Source: Candidatus Woesearchaeota archaeon
GTDB lineage: Archaea > Nanobdellota > Nanobdellia > Woesearchaeales > JAZDKJ01
Assembly: GCA_043803105.1 (NCBI GenBank)
Contig: JAZDKJ010000005.1
Coordinates: forward strand, 75,566-139,565
Direction of reading: 5' to 3'
DNA length: 64,000 nucleotides
The translations under genes and the position numbers were made by a program. Below the pieces are notes generated by a model, which was not told where the DNA came from, searched no databases, and saw nothing but the letters and a program-made list of their open reading frames with translations. Positions 48,968 to 59,119 of the stretch are shown one piece after another (the stretch's first letter is position 1; each line of letters opens with the position of its first letter).

Positions 48968-49464
48968 TTTGAACTCTTCTTGATGTAGAATAATACAGCG
49001 ATCAATGTGAAGACAAAAAAAGTGGAGGGCCAAAGGAAGTCATGGACAAGATAGAAGACTTTTGTGCCGAAAAATGTCGAGACAAGTATGGTGAAAAGCC
49101 TCAGGATATTAAGGCCTATCAGCATAAACAAGCCAAAAACTCCGTATTTGAGGGTTTTTCTTGAGATGCCATACGATACCATAAAGGCAACGAAAAGCGA
49201 GTACATCGCCACTCCAGTGCATTCCTTTACGACGATCATAGAGATTGAGTTAACTACAAGCTCATTATTCACTATGGTCACTGTTCCCTTTCCTATTATG
49301 AAAAGGAAGCACCTTATCACAAAAACAAAGAAGTTTATGAAAAAGTCAGATATTGGCCCCAGATTGAAGAACCAGCTCAATAAAAGAAAAACGCCAAGGA
49401 ATTTTAAAATAAAAAATATTGATTTCTTTGCAAGTTCCTTATCTGCTGTATCTCTTGAAGCCAT
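48964..49464 (-). CDS. archaeosortase/exosortase family protein
   Basis: Multi-TM; ECTG, NILR, HD (Cys-Arg-His triad). Confidence 0.85.
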   Translation of the reverse strand: MASRDTADKELAKKSIFFILKFLGVFLLLSWFFNLGPISDFFINFFVFVIRCFLFIIGKGTVTIVNNELVVNSISMIVVKECTGVAMYSLFVAFMVSYGISRKTLKYGVFGLFMLIGLNILRLFTILVSTFFGTKVFYLVHDFLWPSTFFVFTLIAVLFYIKKSSK

Positions 49465-50875
49465 AGAGTCCCAATATCAGAGTGAATGCTATAAGCAATA
49501 TAAATAGCTTGTCACCCATGACAGGGATTGGTTTTGGGCTTGGTATGTCATTGTTGGTTATGGTACAAGTCTTTACATCCCCAGCATGCAACACTACTCT
49601 TCCATTGATTGAGCAGGCTCCGCCAAAACTTACACTATACATTGGGTCTAACACTTCGGACACAATGTATGTACCTGCAATGAATGTGTTCTGTACACCA
49701 CTAACTACTATTACACTGCCGACCTTTAATGTGAAGTTACTTACATTCTTTGTTCCACCATTATCATTAATGACAATCTTGTTCACAGTGAGTTTAGGGG
49801 AGTTTGCCGGCGGCGATGGAACATCATTATTTGTGATTGTGCAAGTCTTGTTCTGTCCCATCGTGAGCGTCACCATACCGCTTGGAGAACAGTCACCAGT
49901 AATCGTGCCGTTGTATCCTGAGACTCCAATTTCAGACACAACATACGAGCCTGGTGCAACCACATTCGCAATACCGCTCAGAACCGAGCTACCGTTAATT
50001 AACAGTGTGAAGTTACTAACATGTGCGGTGCCACCATTATCATTAATGACAATCTTTTTCACAGTGAGGCTTGTTATGTTTGTTCCATTTATATTCGCCC
50101 CGCAGACATTAGAAATTTGATTGGCATCCAATGTAATAGCTCCAGTTTGTGCCAGGGCTCGACCGTTCAAGCTTGCGCCTGTACCCAAACTGATGCTTGT
50201 GAGCGCCATAATGTTTCCTATGAAGGCAGTGCCTGAACCAATAGTCGCGGAGCTCGCGACTTTCCACCACACGTTGCATAGTGAGCCAATTCCATTGAGA
50301 AATTGAACTTTCGCGCCTACGCCTGGCGTTGTAGTGAGAGCGGCAGCAGCAGCAGTCGTCCGGAAAATCCAGACCCCAGCTGCGTTACCTGTGTCGTCAA
50401 GAGTGAGTGTTCCGGATAACCCAAATGCATTAGCACAATAGACACCTGGAACAAGAGTTAATCCAACTAGGTCCTTGGTTACAGCTCCGTAGTTAACATC
50501 ACACGCTACATTCGGTACAGCGCTAAGAGCAGCAAATGCAGCAGTGCTAGCAGCCTGAGCATTAGTCAGTAAGCCAGGGTTTGTTACTCTGCACGGAAGA
50601 GGACCAGCAGCATCGACTGAGTATATTGTCCCAGTCACTTCTACGCACGTTAATCCAATACCAGCACCAGTGGCTGGACTCAACCCAACATTCCCAGTTA
50701 TAGCAGACGTAGGAACATTAGTGATTCCTGGGGTTGCGGCTAGAACTGCGAAGGTGCTAGCTGCACCCAATGATGGCGAGGTCGCTGCTGAGACTTCGTT
50801 GACCGCCATTGTAAATACAGTAAAAACTGTCAAAAAAAGTATTAGATTTGTCGTAGATATATTTTTTTTGTTCAT
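49439..50875 (-). CDS. ice-binding (DUF3494) protein with two repeat domains and C-terminal sorting signal
   Basis: LGAASTFAVLA, LVPGVY, NVWWKVASSATIG; two LTVxKIVINDNGGT...CTITNND repeats; tail IPVMG-TM-KRYSR. Confidence 0.9.
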   Translation of the reverse strand: MNKKNISTTNLILFLTVFTVFTMAVNEVSAATSPSLGAASTFAVLAATPGITNVPTSAITGNVGLSPATGAGIGLTCVEVTGTIYSVDAAGPLPCRVTNPGLLTNAQAASTAAFAALSAVPNVACDVNYGAVTKDLVGLTLVPGVYCANAFGLSGTLTLDDTGNAAGVWIFRTTAAAAALTTTPGVGAKVQFLNGIGSLCNVWWKVASSATIGSGTAFIGNIMALTSISLGTGASLNGRALAQTGAITLDANQISNVCGANINGTNITSLTVKKIVINDNGGTAHVSNFTLLINGSSVLSGIANVVAPGSYVVSEIGVSGYNGTITGDCSPSGMVTLTMGQNKTCTITNNDVPSPPANSPKLTVNKIVINDNGGTKNVSNFTLKVGSVIVVSGVQNTFIAGTYIVSEVLDPMYSVSFGGACSINGRVVLHAGDVKTCTITNNDIPSPKPIPVMGDKLFILLIAFTLILGLYGFKRYSR

Positions 50876-51154
50876 CCAGTTCCCCCCGAGTAATTTTGCA
50901 AAAGTAACGAGATGGAGCAGGCTAAAGGGCTGCAGCCATATCTCTTTATCACAAACCCTTTTTTTGTTATGCAACTACTGTAGAGTGGTCCGTTTATATA
51001 TAAACATTCTTATGGTCGAAAGATTATAACTGAATGGTTATTAGAGAATATGGAAATTTTTGGGGAGTTTTGTCACTTCATGCGGTGACGATTATGAACA
51101 AAAAACCGAAAATAACATATAGTCTGACCGATTATATAGACTGGGGTGGTTACT

Positions 51155-51715
51155 ATGTACGAGATGGATCCTAACTTTCCAAAGCTCACTGAAAATGACA
51201 AAGTGGTTCTCAAAAAAATACTTGATTCCAAAAGGATCCCGGATAGTGACATTGCCAAAACCATGAACCTTTCTCCGCAGGCGATATTTAAGATAAGAAA
51301 CAAATTAGAGAACTACGGCATTATCAAGGGATATATGCCAATTGTTGATTTCAAGAAGATAGGAATTAATGTCATGGCTATACTAGTTATCCGCCTTACT
51401 TCTAAAGTCTGGAGAAAGTTTTCGGACGATCAAATCTCCGATAGAATTTCTAAAGCCCATAATATCATTGATGCCTATAGGGTTGCTGATGAGCAAGCTT
51501 CTCACGTCCTGATACTTGGTTTTAGAGACACTTATCAGAAGGAGCAGTATATTGCACAGATACAGACTAAGTTTGCAGAGGAAGTCCAGATAAAGGCAAT
51601 ATATACTTTTTCCGTGGACAAAATTATTTCACAAAATCCATTGGGGCTCCTGCACGAAATAGTCAATAAGAAAGAATTTTCCCCTGATGACTTGTTCTTA
51701 GAACAGCCTTCTTAA
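51155..51715 (+). CDS. Lrp/AsnC family regulator
   Basis: DSDIAKTMNLSPQAI..IRNKLE..GIIKGY.PIVDFKKIG. Confidence 0.85.
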   Translation: MYEMDPNFPKLTENDKVVLKKILDSKRIPDSDIAKTMNLSPQAIFKIRNKLENYGIIKGYMPIVDFKKIGINVMAILVIRLTSKVWRKFSDDQISDRISKAHNIIDAYRVADEQASHVLILGFRDTYQKEQYIAQIQTKFAEEVQIKAIYTFSVDKIISQNPLGLLHEIVNKKEFSPDDLFLEQPS

Positions 51716-51955
51716 ATATGATGATATTTCGTTGAGAGTGCATAACTTTTTCTTCTGTTTATTGAAAAAATTATAATCATCAACTTATTTCTATTAATCT
51801 GTTAAAACTCCCTACCATAAGCATTAGAACTTCCACGATGTTACTAATTAGAGGGTTGCGAAGGCAAAAGCACTTACGAATGCTGAAAGTGATTGCAAGT
51901 TTTGGTTAAATGCAAGATAAATCAATGATAAAGGATAAATAAAGGAGGGAACGAA

Positions 51956-52075
51956 ATGGCAAAATCAAGCAGAGGCGGAAGAATGACTGCAGCAAAAAGA
52001 AGAGCTGCAAAGAGTTCAGGCGGCAAAGGAAAGGTTAAAAACAGACCTGCCGGAAAAAAAATAATGAAGACTTAG
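51956..52075 (+). CDS. 39-aa very basic protein (not in ORF track)
   Basis: AAGGAGG SD; MAKSSRGGRMTAAKRRAAKSSGGKGKVKNRPAGKKIMKT. Confidence 0.6.
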   Translation: MAKSSRGGRMTAAKRRAAKSSGGKGKVKNRPAGKKIMKT

Positions 52076-52129
52076 AGCTCTCAACAAAAGGTCTCAACAA
52101 GGAAGATTTATTGCTTCAAGGTTGAGCCT

Positions 52130-52339
52130 ATGTTTTTTCCATTATTAAGGATGTTGATGATTAAACAGTCAATCATGGAGAAGGCAATGAAAATGGTAAA
52201 GGAAAATAAATCAACAGGGGCTTTGAACATAATCTTATGCAGGCATTGTCATAAAGAAATAACAAGTCCCGGATTAGTCGGCATGTCACTGGTATGTCCT
52301 TATTGTAAAATACCAGTAAATGGTCAATACCATCCGTGA
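52130..52339 (+). CDS. small zinc-ribbon protein (start uncertain)
   Basis: CRHC...CPYC. Confidence 0.5.
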   Translation: MFFPLLRMLMIKQSIMEKAMKMVKENKSTGALNIILCRHCHKEITSPGLVGMSLVCPYCKIPVNGQYHP

Positions 52340-52435
52340 GTGTCCATATTTACCTTTTTTTAGAGAATATTGACATTATCTGCAGTAGGTGCAGGCACTT
52401 AGACAATAGCATGATAAAGGATAAATAATGATGAG

Positions 52436-52633
52436 GTGACAAGAATGAACAAAAAAGGTTTATCAGGTTGGTTAGTTTATGCTATATTATTTTTGATAGT
52501 AGCGATCGTTTCCGGAATATTTGGATTTGGCCTTATTTCAGGAGTATCATTTACAATTGCCAAATGGTTAGCAGTAATCTTTGTAATATTATTTATAATT
52601 TCAGTAGTAGCCCATACAATAAAAAAAGCTTAA
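52436..52633 (+). CDS. DUF1328-like small membrane protein
   Basis: AILFLIVAIVSGIFGFG..SG....IAKWL..IFVILFIIS. Confidence 0.75.
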   Translation: MTRMNKKGLSGWLVYAILFLIVAIVSGIFGFGLISGVSFTIAKWLAVIFVILFIISVVAHTIKKA

Positions 52634-52692
52634 GCAGATTCAATTAAAATAGCGAATATCAAAAATAGATAAGAAATGAAAATACGAAAAAG

Positions 52693-53064
52693 GTGAACAA
52701 AATGAGAACAAGCCTTGTTATATTTGGTATGATCTTTCTGGTTGTCGGAGGATTGTTATATTTTGTACCGAAGCGAGAAATTAAGGCAGATACAACTACC
52801 ACAGGAAATGCAGGTACAGATACGCGTACGTCATCCGCTAGAGTAACTGTTCCTATAGGGTGGGCATTTGCATCTGCAATCATTGGCTTCGTTTTGCTAA
52901 TACTTGGATTAGCGGTTCCTAATCCAATTATAAGAAGCAACGCAAAGAAAGATTCCTACGATAAGGTAGTTGAGTCTAAAGAGAATATTGAAGTCGGCGA
53001 CGGAAAGAAACGCAGGATTGTCACGGAGCGGACTGAGAAACATAACAAAAACGAGCATGATTAA
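52693..53064 (+). CDS. membrane protein
   Basis: Two TM segments. Confidence 0.6.
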   Translation: MNKMRTSLVIFGMIFLVVGGLLYFVPKREIKADTTTTGNAGTDTRTSSARVTVPIGWAFASAIIGFVLLILGLAVPNPIIRSNAKKDSYDKVVESKENIEVGDGKKRRIVTERTEKHNKNEHD

Positions 53065-53551
53065 AATGGAAGAATCAAAAGAACATAAACTGGAAGAAAT
53101 CAAAGATTGTATAAATCAAAAAGACAGTTTGTACTATATACACAAAAAAGACGCAGCACGTTTTGAAGATGAAAGCAAGGAAGAGGGAAAAAGTACAATC
53201 CCCATAATGACTTATGGCGATTATGTCATATATTTGAAAGCAGAATGTTCAGATCTTCCAAATATTCCCTTATCCAAATTTAATTACACTTCTGGGACAT
53301 TCGAAAAAAAATGGGGGCCTGATCATAAGACTATAGTGTTGACACCAAACCACTCAAGCATTAGAAAAGTTGAGATAGAGATTCAGGGAATAGACATCCA
53401 TAAGATGAGGCTGCTTCCTGACAAAACAGGGGATGTGATTGAAGATACTGCTAGGATAAAAATAACAAGGCACTATAGATTCTCTGAAGGCGATGCAGAG
53501 AACAAGGAAGATACTGTTTTGGCATCTCCAGGAGAAACAGAAGCCAGGTAA
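53057..53551 (+). CDS. hypothetical protein
   Basis: ORF in a co-oriented run; start uncertain. Confidence 0.55.
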   Translation: MIKMEESKEHKLEEIKDCINQKDSLYYIHKKDAARFEDESKEEGKSTIPIMTYGDYVIYLKAECSDLPNIPLSKFNYTSGTFEKKWGPDHKTIVLTPNHSSIRKVEIEIQGIDIHKMRLLPDKTGDVIEDTARIKITRHYRFSEGDAENKEDTVLASPGETEAR

Positions 53552-53566
53552 ATCCTGATTATAGGG

Positions 53567-53917
53567 GTGAATCAAATGCTCGAACGCGAAAAAGAACATG
53601 GATTTATGGATGTGATAACAGGCGGATTAGGTTATATAGCTCAAATCATATCAGCAAGTGTATTTCCACACATAGCAGAGGGTGCGGAAATGGTAATGAA
53701 GACTATTGATGACAGGATAATACGAATAGAAAAAAGAATCATCAGGAAGATGTATTCCTTTGTAATAATTGGGTTTGGAGGAGTACTCCTAATTTTTGCG
53801 CTTTTTTCCTACTTGAGAGAATTTTTACGCTGGAGCAATACTGCAGCATACTTTTCTATAGGCATAATTGTTTTTGTGATAGGTCTACTGCTAAAAATAG
53901 GGGAATCTGACAGGTGA
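53567..53917 (+). CDS. YqjE/holin-like membrane protein
   Basis: Helical N-terminus plus two TM; adjacent to DUF883-like gene. Confidence 0.5.
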   Translation: MNQMLEREKEHGFMDVITGGLGYIAQIISASVFPHIAEGAEMVMKTIDDRIIRIEKRIIRKMYSFVIIGFGGVLLIFALFSYLREFLRWSNTAAYFSIGIIVFVIGLLLKIGESDR

Positions 53918-53921
53918 AAAA

Positions 53922-54188
53922 ATGGCAAGGGAAACGAAGGCTAAGAAAATTTATGGCGTAAGACAGAGAACGCATGAGAGCGTTGACAAGATAATGGACA
54001 AGGCTGAAGGCATGAGACAAATCGGCAAGGAAAGGATGGCTCATGTAAAAGAAAAGGCGATAATGATGAAGGGAAATGTCGATGGCTATATCAGAAAAAA
54101 CCCCGAAAAATCAGTATTGATTGCCGCTGGAATCGGGGCAGTTATTGGCGCAGTACTTGCAGCAGCAATGATGAGAAGAAGGCAATAG
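53922..54188 (+). CDS. DUF883 (ElaB/YqjD-like) tail-anchored protein
   Basis: DGYIRKNPEKSVLIAAGIGAVIGAVL...RRR. Confidence 0.8.
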   Translation: MARETKAKKIYGVRQRTHESVDKIMDKAEGMRQIGKERMAHVKEKAIMMKGNVDGYIRKNPEKSVLIAAGIGAVIGAVLAAAMMRRRQ

Positions 54189-54361
54189 ATTCTATTTCAA
54201 ATTGATAAAGATTTATTCGAATCTGAGTCTGTATGGTCTTCGCTCATTTTTGGGGCCATTAGCTAGAGCAACTGTATAGCTCCCCTTTACCGTAAGTACT
54301 TTATTCAGATTTATCCGAGTTTATTTGCATTAACAGGATTTTAAAGTGGGAGAAGAGTTTT

Positions 54362-54868
54362 ATGGATGCAGATTCAGAAGAAAAGAAAAAAGAACTATGG
54401 GAAGAGATAGATGGCCTTATGCATATGGGCAGGTCTGCAAATGATATTGAGCAGGCACTGTCTGCGAGAGGCTATGATAATGCAATGCTAAAAGAGATTC
54501 TTACTGTGTCATTCTTGGAAAGGCTCATGAAGAAGGAGGAAAGTTTTGTAAATATAGAGCAGTCAATAAACAATCAGGCAATGAAGCGAGCACAACAAGA
54601 AGAGCATGAAGCCTCAGAGCACAAGAGGCGGGAGCAACAGGTGCAAAAGCAAAAAAAGGAAGAAGAGCTCTTAAGGCAGAATGAAGAGCATGTCAAAAAT
54701 ACGGAAGATAAAAAGAAACGCTCTGATTTTGAGGAACAGGCAAGAAGAGAGGAATACAGAATAAAGGAAAAAGAAGGACATGAGCAAGAAAGACAACAGG
54801 TAGAGGAAGAAGGAGACAAAAAACAGAAACAAGAAGAGGCAAGGCGCCTCCAATATTTTTCACACTAA
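54362..54868 (+). CDS. charged coiled-coil protein
   Basis: E/K/Q/R-rich. Confidence 0.6.
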   Translation: MDADSEEKKKELWEEIDGLMHMGRSANDIEQALSARGYDNAMLKEILTVSFLERLMKKEESFVNIEQSINNQAMKRAQQEEHEASEHKRREQQVQKQKKEEELLRQNEEHVKNTEDKKKRSDFEEQARREEYRIKEKEGHEQERQQVEEEGDKKQKQEEARRLQYFSH

Positions 54869-54871
54869 GAT

Positions 54872-55939
54872 ATGGCAATCCATAATCAGTATCAAAGGAT
54901 AGTCCCGTTCATAATATTCGTACTAGCATTATTTCTATTATTTTTGCTAATCCGACCGATGATAACTGTTCTTTTAGGCAGCATACTTATTGCATACATC
55001 TCCCATCCGCTGTATGAGAGAATAAAAAGAAAGATAAAAAACAAATCTCTTTCAATTATCTTAGCTTTATTCATTGTTTTAATCGTCATATTGATCCCAT
55101 TTGCTTTTTTGGCATTCGAGATTACACATCAGGGATATATTTTCTATGAATCGATATCAAGTAACATCAAGAAGGGGGCATTGTTTGGCTATGGGTGCAC
55201 AAGCGCAGATTCAAAAGTGTGTTTGCTTCTTAACCAGGCAGAAAGATTCAGCTCAGAACGGCTGTCACTGTTTGGTTTTGACAAACAACTGCAGAAATAT
55301 CTTCCAGTATTAAGCGAGAAAATAACAAAATTTGTCCTTGGCATCCCACTCTTATTCGCAAAATTTTTCCTTACATTGGTTCTTTCTTATTTTATCATAA
55401 AAGAGCATAATGCAATATTGACGAAAATATCTGACTTACTTCCAATTAGGACACAGACAAAAGAAAGGCTTATCAACGAATTCGGAGGCATAGCCCATAC
55501 AGTGATTTATGCACAGTTATTTGTTGCATTCGTCCAAGGGATTGTTGCAACTATAGGTTTGTACTTATTTGGTGTTCCTTTTCCGATATTCTTAGGTGTG
55601 GTAACTGCCTTCTGCGCATTAATCCCAACCATTGGAACATCGCTTATTTGGATACCTGCCTCGCTATTTCTGATTGTAAGCGGCTATTTTTCTCATGATT
55701 ACTGGACTTTGGGGAAAGGGATTGGTCTCTTTTTATACGGCATTCTAATAATCAGTGCAATTGACAATATTCTACTTGCGAGAATAGTGCATGCAAGAGC
55801 TAAGGTAAGTCAAATACTTGTAATTATTGGTGTTATAGGCGGTGCCAGCATGTTTGGGATTGTGGGAATATTTGTCGGTCCGATTATATTGCCTTTGCTC
55901 ATAACCTATTTTGAAACCTTTAAACAAAGATTTATGTAA
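54872..55939 (+). CDS. AI-2E family transporter
   Basis: AYISHPLY, QGIVA, IPTIGTSLIWIP, FGIVGIFVGP. Confidence 0.92.
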   Translation: MAIHNQYQRIVPFIIFVLALFLLFLLIRPMITVLLGSILIAYISHPLYERIKRKIKNKSLSIILALFIVLIVILIPFAFLAFEITHQGYIFYESISSNIKKGALFGYGCTSADSKVCLLLNQAERFSSERLSLFGFDKQLQKYLPVLSEKITKFVLGIPLLFAKFFLTLVLSYFIIKEHNAILTKISDLLPIRTQTKERLINEFGGIAHTVIYAQLFVAFVQGIVATIGLYLFGVPFPIFLGVVTAFCALIPTIGTSLIWIPASLFLIVSGYFSHDYWTLGKGIGLFLYGILIISAIDNILLARIVHARAKVSQILVIIGVIGGASMFGIVGIFVGPIILPLLITYFETFKQRFM

Positions 55940-56010
55940 TTCCAAATTCTTAGTCGTGATATTCACATTTACTCTATTCGTCTATAGATATATTGCGAAA
56001 ACAATGTGAA

Positions 56011-57003
56011 CTAATTGAGAATATTTGGCTTGCTAGCGATTATACGCGAAGCTGCAAAGGGAAACATGAGGGTTGTCAGAACAGTAATGAGGACAAGGGT
56101 AGAGTAAAGGTCAACTGGGATGAGATTATTGCGAAATGCTATCAAAGCGATAACCATTCCAAGGGCACCACGACTGTTCATGCCCCACCCTATAAGATAA
56201 AGCCTGTCAAGAGTGAAGGAGTTATGTTTCTTTGTAAGTAGGGTACCCACGATCTTGCCTGCCAGGGCAGCAAAGAGCAAGGAAAATAGAGCAACAAGGT
56301 TAACCACGAGAGAACTAAACTTAAAATGAAATGCAATAGAAACAAAAAAGAAAGGAATAATTCCATGCATAATGACCTTCTCAAAAAGGCCAAACCAACG
56401 ATGGCCGATCATTTTCTGAACTAAAAGGCCTGCAAAAAAAGCAGCCAATGCTATCATTATGAACAGGTCATCCCTTAGATAGCTCTCCTTAAGGGAATAG
56501 GTAATTGCAACAAACAATCCCAGACCCAAGAAATCATCAACGATGCCTGAGCCTACCATAGCAGAGCCAACCCTGGTCTTCAATTTCTTGATGTCCATAA
56601 GGTATTTTGCTGTGGTACCTTCGTCAGTGATGCTCAAAGCCGTACCTGCAAGCAGGGCAGCCAAGAGAGGAAAACCCAAGAGCAAGGCGACACCAAAGCC
56701 CAAGATAAAGGTTGTGGAAGCAGCGAAAAGGCCGATGAAAAGGCAGACCCCCTCTTCTTTTCTAAGGAAAGACCATGAGCTTTCGAGGCCTGTGAAAAAC
56801 ATAAGCAGGATGACTGCAAAATCCCCAAGGTTGAAGACAGCCTGAGTATTAGGCTCGACAAAAAAATTCCTTAGAACGGCAACATTAGCAAACAGCCCGC
56901 AAGCGATCAGAGAGACCACATCAGGCAGCTTGAAAAACCTGCCGATGTGAACAAAAACAAATGCTGAAGCGAGGAGGAAGAGAATAGTGCCTGGAAGGTT
57001 CAT
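56011..57003 (-). CDS. cation:proton antiporter (CPA2)
   Basis: MFFTGLE, ALSIT, GIVDD, PFFFVSI, GMNSRG. Confidence 0.85.
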   Translation of the reverse strand: MNLPGTILFLLASAFVFVHIGRFFKLPDVVSLIACGLFANVAVLRNFFVEPNTQAVFNLGDFAVILLMFFTGLESSWSFLRKEEGVCLFIGLFAASTTFILGFGVALLLGFPLLAALLAGTALSITDEGTTAKYLMDIKKLKTRVGSAMVGSGIVDDFLGLGLFVAITYSLKESYLRDDLFIMIALAAFFAGLLVQKMIGHRWFGLFEKVIMHGIIPFFFVSIAFHFKFSSLVVNLVALFSLLFAALAGKIVGTLLTKKHNSFTLDRLYLIGWGMNSRGALGMVIALIAFRNNLIPVDLYSTLVLITVLTTLMFPFAASRIIASKPNILN

Positions 57004-57090
57004 ATGGGTGTTTCAAACAAAGCTGTTAATAAATATAGTGGTTTCAAATTAGTCTTTAAGAAATTCTTAAATTGTTCCTAACGATACGAT

Positions 57091-58308
57091 TCACCTTTGC
57101 ACCTGCTGCAGACAACCATTTGAACTAGCAGAGGACATCAGCTTGCAAACGGCAACAGCCTTTGGCCTATTAGAGTCTATGAATACTGGAACTATACGAT
57201 TTAGGCAATCATCTCTTTTCAAGGTCAGCACATTACACAAGCTAAGAGCGAAATCATAGTTATCGAGAGTGAGCTGGTTTGAATAGAACCAGACAGTCCC
57301 GTAACAGTCGGAAATCTGGATGTCATCACCAAGTTTTTGGCATACCAAAGCAGCTGCTTTCGGGTCAGAGCCTGCCAGCGCGCGAGCGGCATCATTGAAA
57401 CACCTACTCTTGGTCGAAATCGATTGCGATTCGCATACGGTTATTGCAAGTGCTGAATTTGCCTTGATCAATTCTGGGGAAGAAATAAAGTTATTCAGAC
57501 ATTGGCTCTTCACATCCATACTTGATATCTTGTTACAGATTTGAACGCTCTGGGCTGGATCGCTGTCAATAACTTCCCTGGCTATACCCTCGTAACACCT
57601 GTCCTTGTCTGTCCTCCCCTCGCATAGCAACAGCTCAACGTCCACACCCAAGTTCGAGGAACCTGCACCAATGTCACCGTAACAATGCTCTTTGAAGTTC
57701 TGGTCGTCACTAATATTGTTACAAACGGACAATGCCTGTACAGGGTCCTTCTCCTCCTTTGCCAATTGTTCAATGCAATTGTTGCGCCAATCCTGCCTGC
57801 TGATCTCGTTACAAAGTCTAAGCTTAGGAGAGGTATTGTTCTGTAGCCTTATGAGGTTCTGCAAGCAATCATAAATCGGTCCTGAATCAGAGTCCTTAGG
57901 TACTGGCATGGCCTTGCAGGCCTGCAAAGCAAGGTCAAGGTCTGTTGTCGCAAGAGCCACGGACACGGTTTCAAGACATTTTATCTTAATATCCTCCACA
58001 TCAAATCTCATGCAAAGGTTGAATCTGACCTTGAAATCAGGCTGGGACTCGAAAATGGATTCGTAGCAGCCTTTCTTTGCGTTAAGGTCAAGGATCAAAG
58101 AACAGGCATTCAAAGCAGTTTCTTGATCTGTTGTTTGAAGCACTTCTGATATTCTTTGGTAGCAACCGATCTGTTCATTATCACTCGCCTTTGAACAATC
58201 AGCCATGGCACCAGTGGAGTCTTTAGTTATCCTCTCCTCAGAAAGATCTGGTTTGCATGCAACAAGAAACAGCACCAAGGTAAGTGAAATGGCCAAACCT
58301 CTTTTCAT
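57091..58308 (-). CDS. Cys-rich helical-repeat lipoprotein
   Basis: LVAC lipobox-like motif; recurring C-x(8-11)-C[YL] units. Confidence 0.7.
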   Translation of the reverse strand: MKRGLAISLTLVLFLVACKPDLSEERITKDSTGAMADCSKASDNEQIGCYQRISEVLQTTDQETALNACSLILDLNAKKGCYESIFESQPDFKVRFNLCMRFDVEDIKIKCLETVSVALATTDLDLALQACKAMPVPKDSDSGPIYDCLQNLIRLQNNTSPKLRLCNEISRQDWRNNCIEQLAKEEKDPVQALSVCNNISDDQNFKEHCYGDIGAGSSNLGVDVELLLCEGRTDKDRCYEGIAREVIDSDPAQSVQICNKISSMDVKSQCLNNFISSPELIKANSALAITVCESQSISTKSRCFNDAARALAGSDPKAAALVCQKLGDDIQISDCYGTVWFYSNQLTLDNYDFALSLCNVLTLKRDDCLNRIVPVFIDSNRPKAVAVCKLMSSASSNGCLQQVQR

Positions 58309-58410
58309 AAAAGATACATTTCTTAGCCCCAAATATATAAAACTTTCTTAATAAATTATTGCGGATCAAAAAAAGAAAAATTTATAATGAGCACAAGATG
58401 AAGTTCATAT

Positions 58411-59040
58411 ATGCCACTGAAAGATATATTCAGACCAACCAAAGAAAAAATAATCACAGACCTAATCCTGGCCATTTTGTTTGTGAGCATCTTGCTCTTA
58501 GTCCCTTATTTTGGACTTCAGAGATCATTTAATGTAGTAGGCTTAAACCAGAAAGCAGAAGGTGCCATTCTGAGCCTGATATTCTCATTTATTGTGTATT
58601 ATCCCCTTGCCTGTAGTGTTGTATTTATTTACAAGTGGATAACAAGACAAAAAATAAAATACACAAAAACCGATTTTATCGTTGCTACAGTGATTATCCT
58701 GTTATGGAATCCATTTGGTCTGGGATATGCTTATTCTTTGGCAACCAGGGCGCAGAACAAGGTTCTTAATGAGCAATGCGGAGCAATTGTGACTGGATTT
58801 GCCGACATCTCGAGCGCGAGGGAGGCAGGAATTTCTGTGGGAGAAACAATAAATGAAGCGGACGAGACGAATATAGTCAATACTGCTTCGCTACTGCAGG
58901 TGCTGACAAACAAACAGCCAGGCGATAGCATAAGCATCAAAACAAATATCCGTGAGTATGAAATCCCTCTGAGGCTAGACACCCAAAGCCAGAAACCTGT
59001 GCTCGGAATAAAGGTTAAGGATGCTTACTGCAGAAAGTGA
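58411..59040 (+). CDS. membrane protein with PDZ domain
   Basis: Three TM; SAREAGISVGETI...PGDSISI...PVLGI. Confidence 0.7.
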   Translation: MPLKDIFRPTKEKIITDLILAILFVSILLLVPYFGLQRSFNVVGLNQKAEGAILSLIFSFIVYYPLACSVVFIYKWITRQKIKYTKTDFIVATVIILLWNPFGLGYAYSLATRAQNKVLNEQCGAIVTGFADISSAREAGISVGETINEADETNIVNTASLLQVLTNKQPGDSISIKTNIREYEIPLRLDTQSQKPVLGIKVKDAYCRK

Positions 59041-59119
59041 GACATTCGTGCAAAAGTTTTATTAAGTCTTAAACGTTCTTAAGCCATGGGGATGAATCCT
59101 TGAAAAAATAGTTTTCTGT

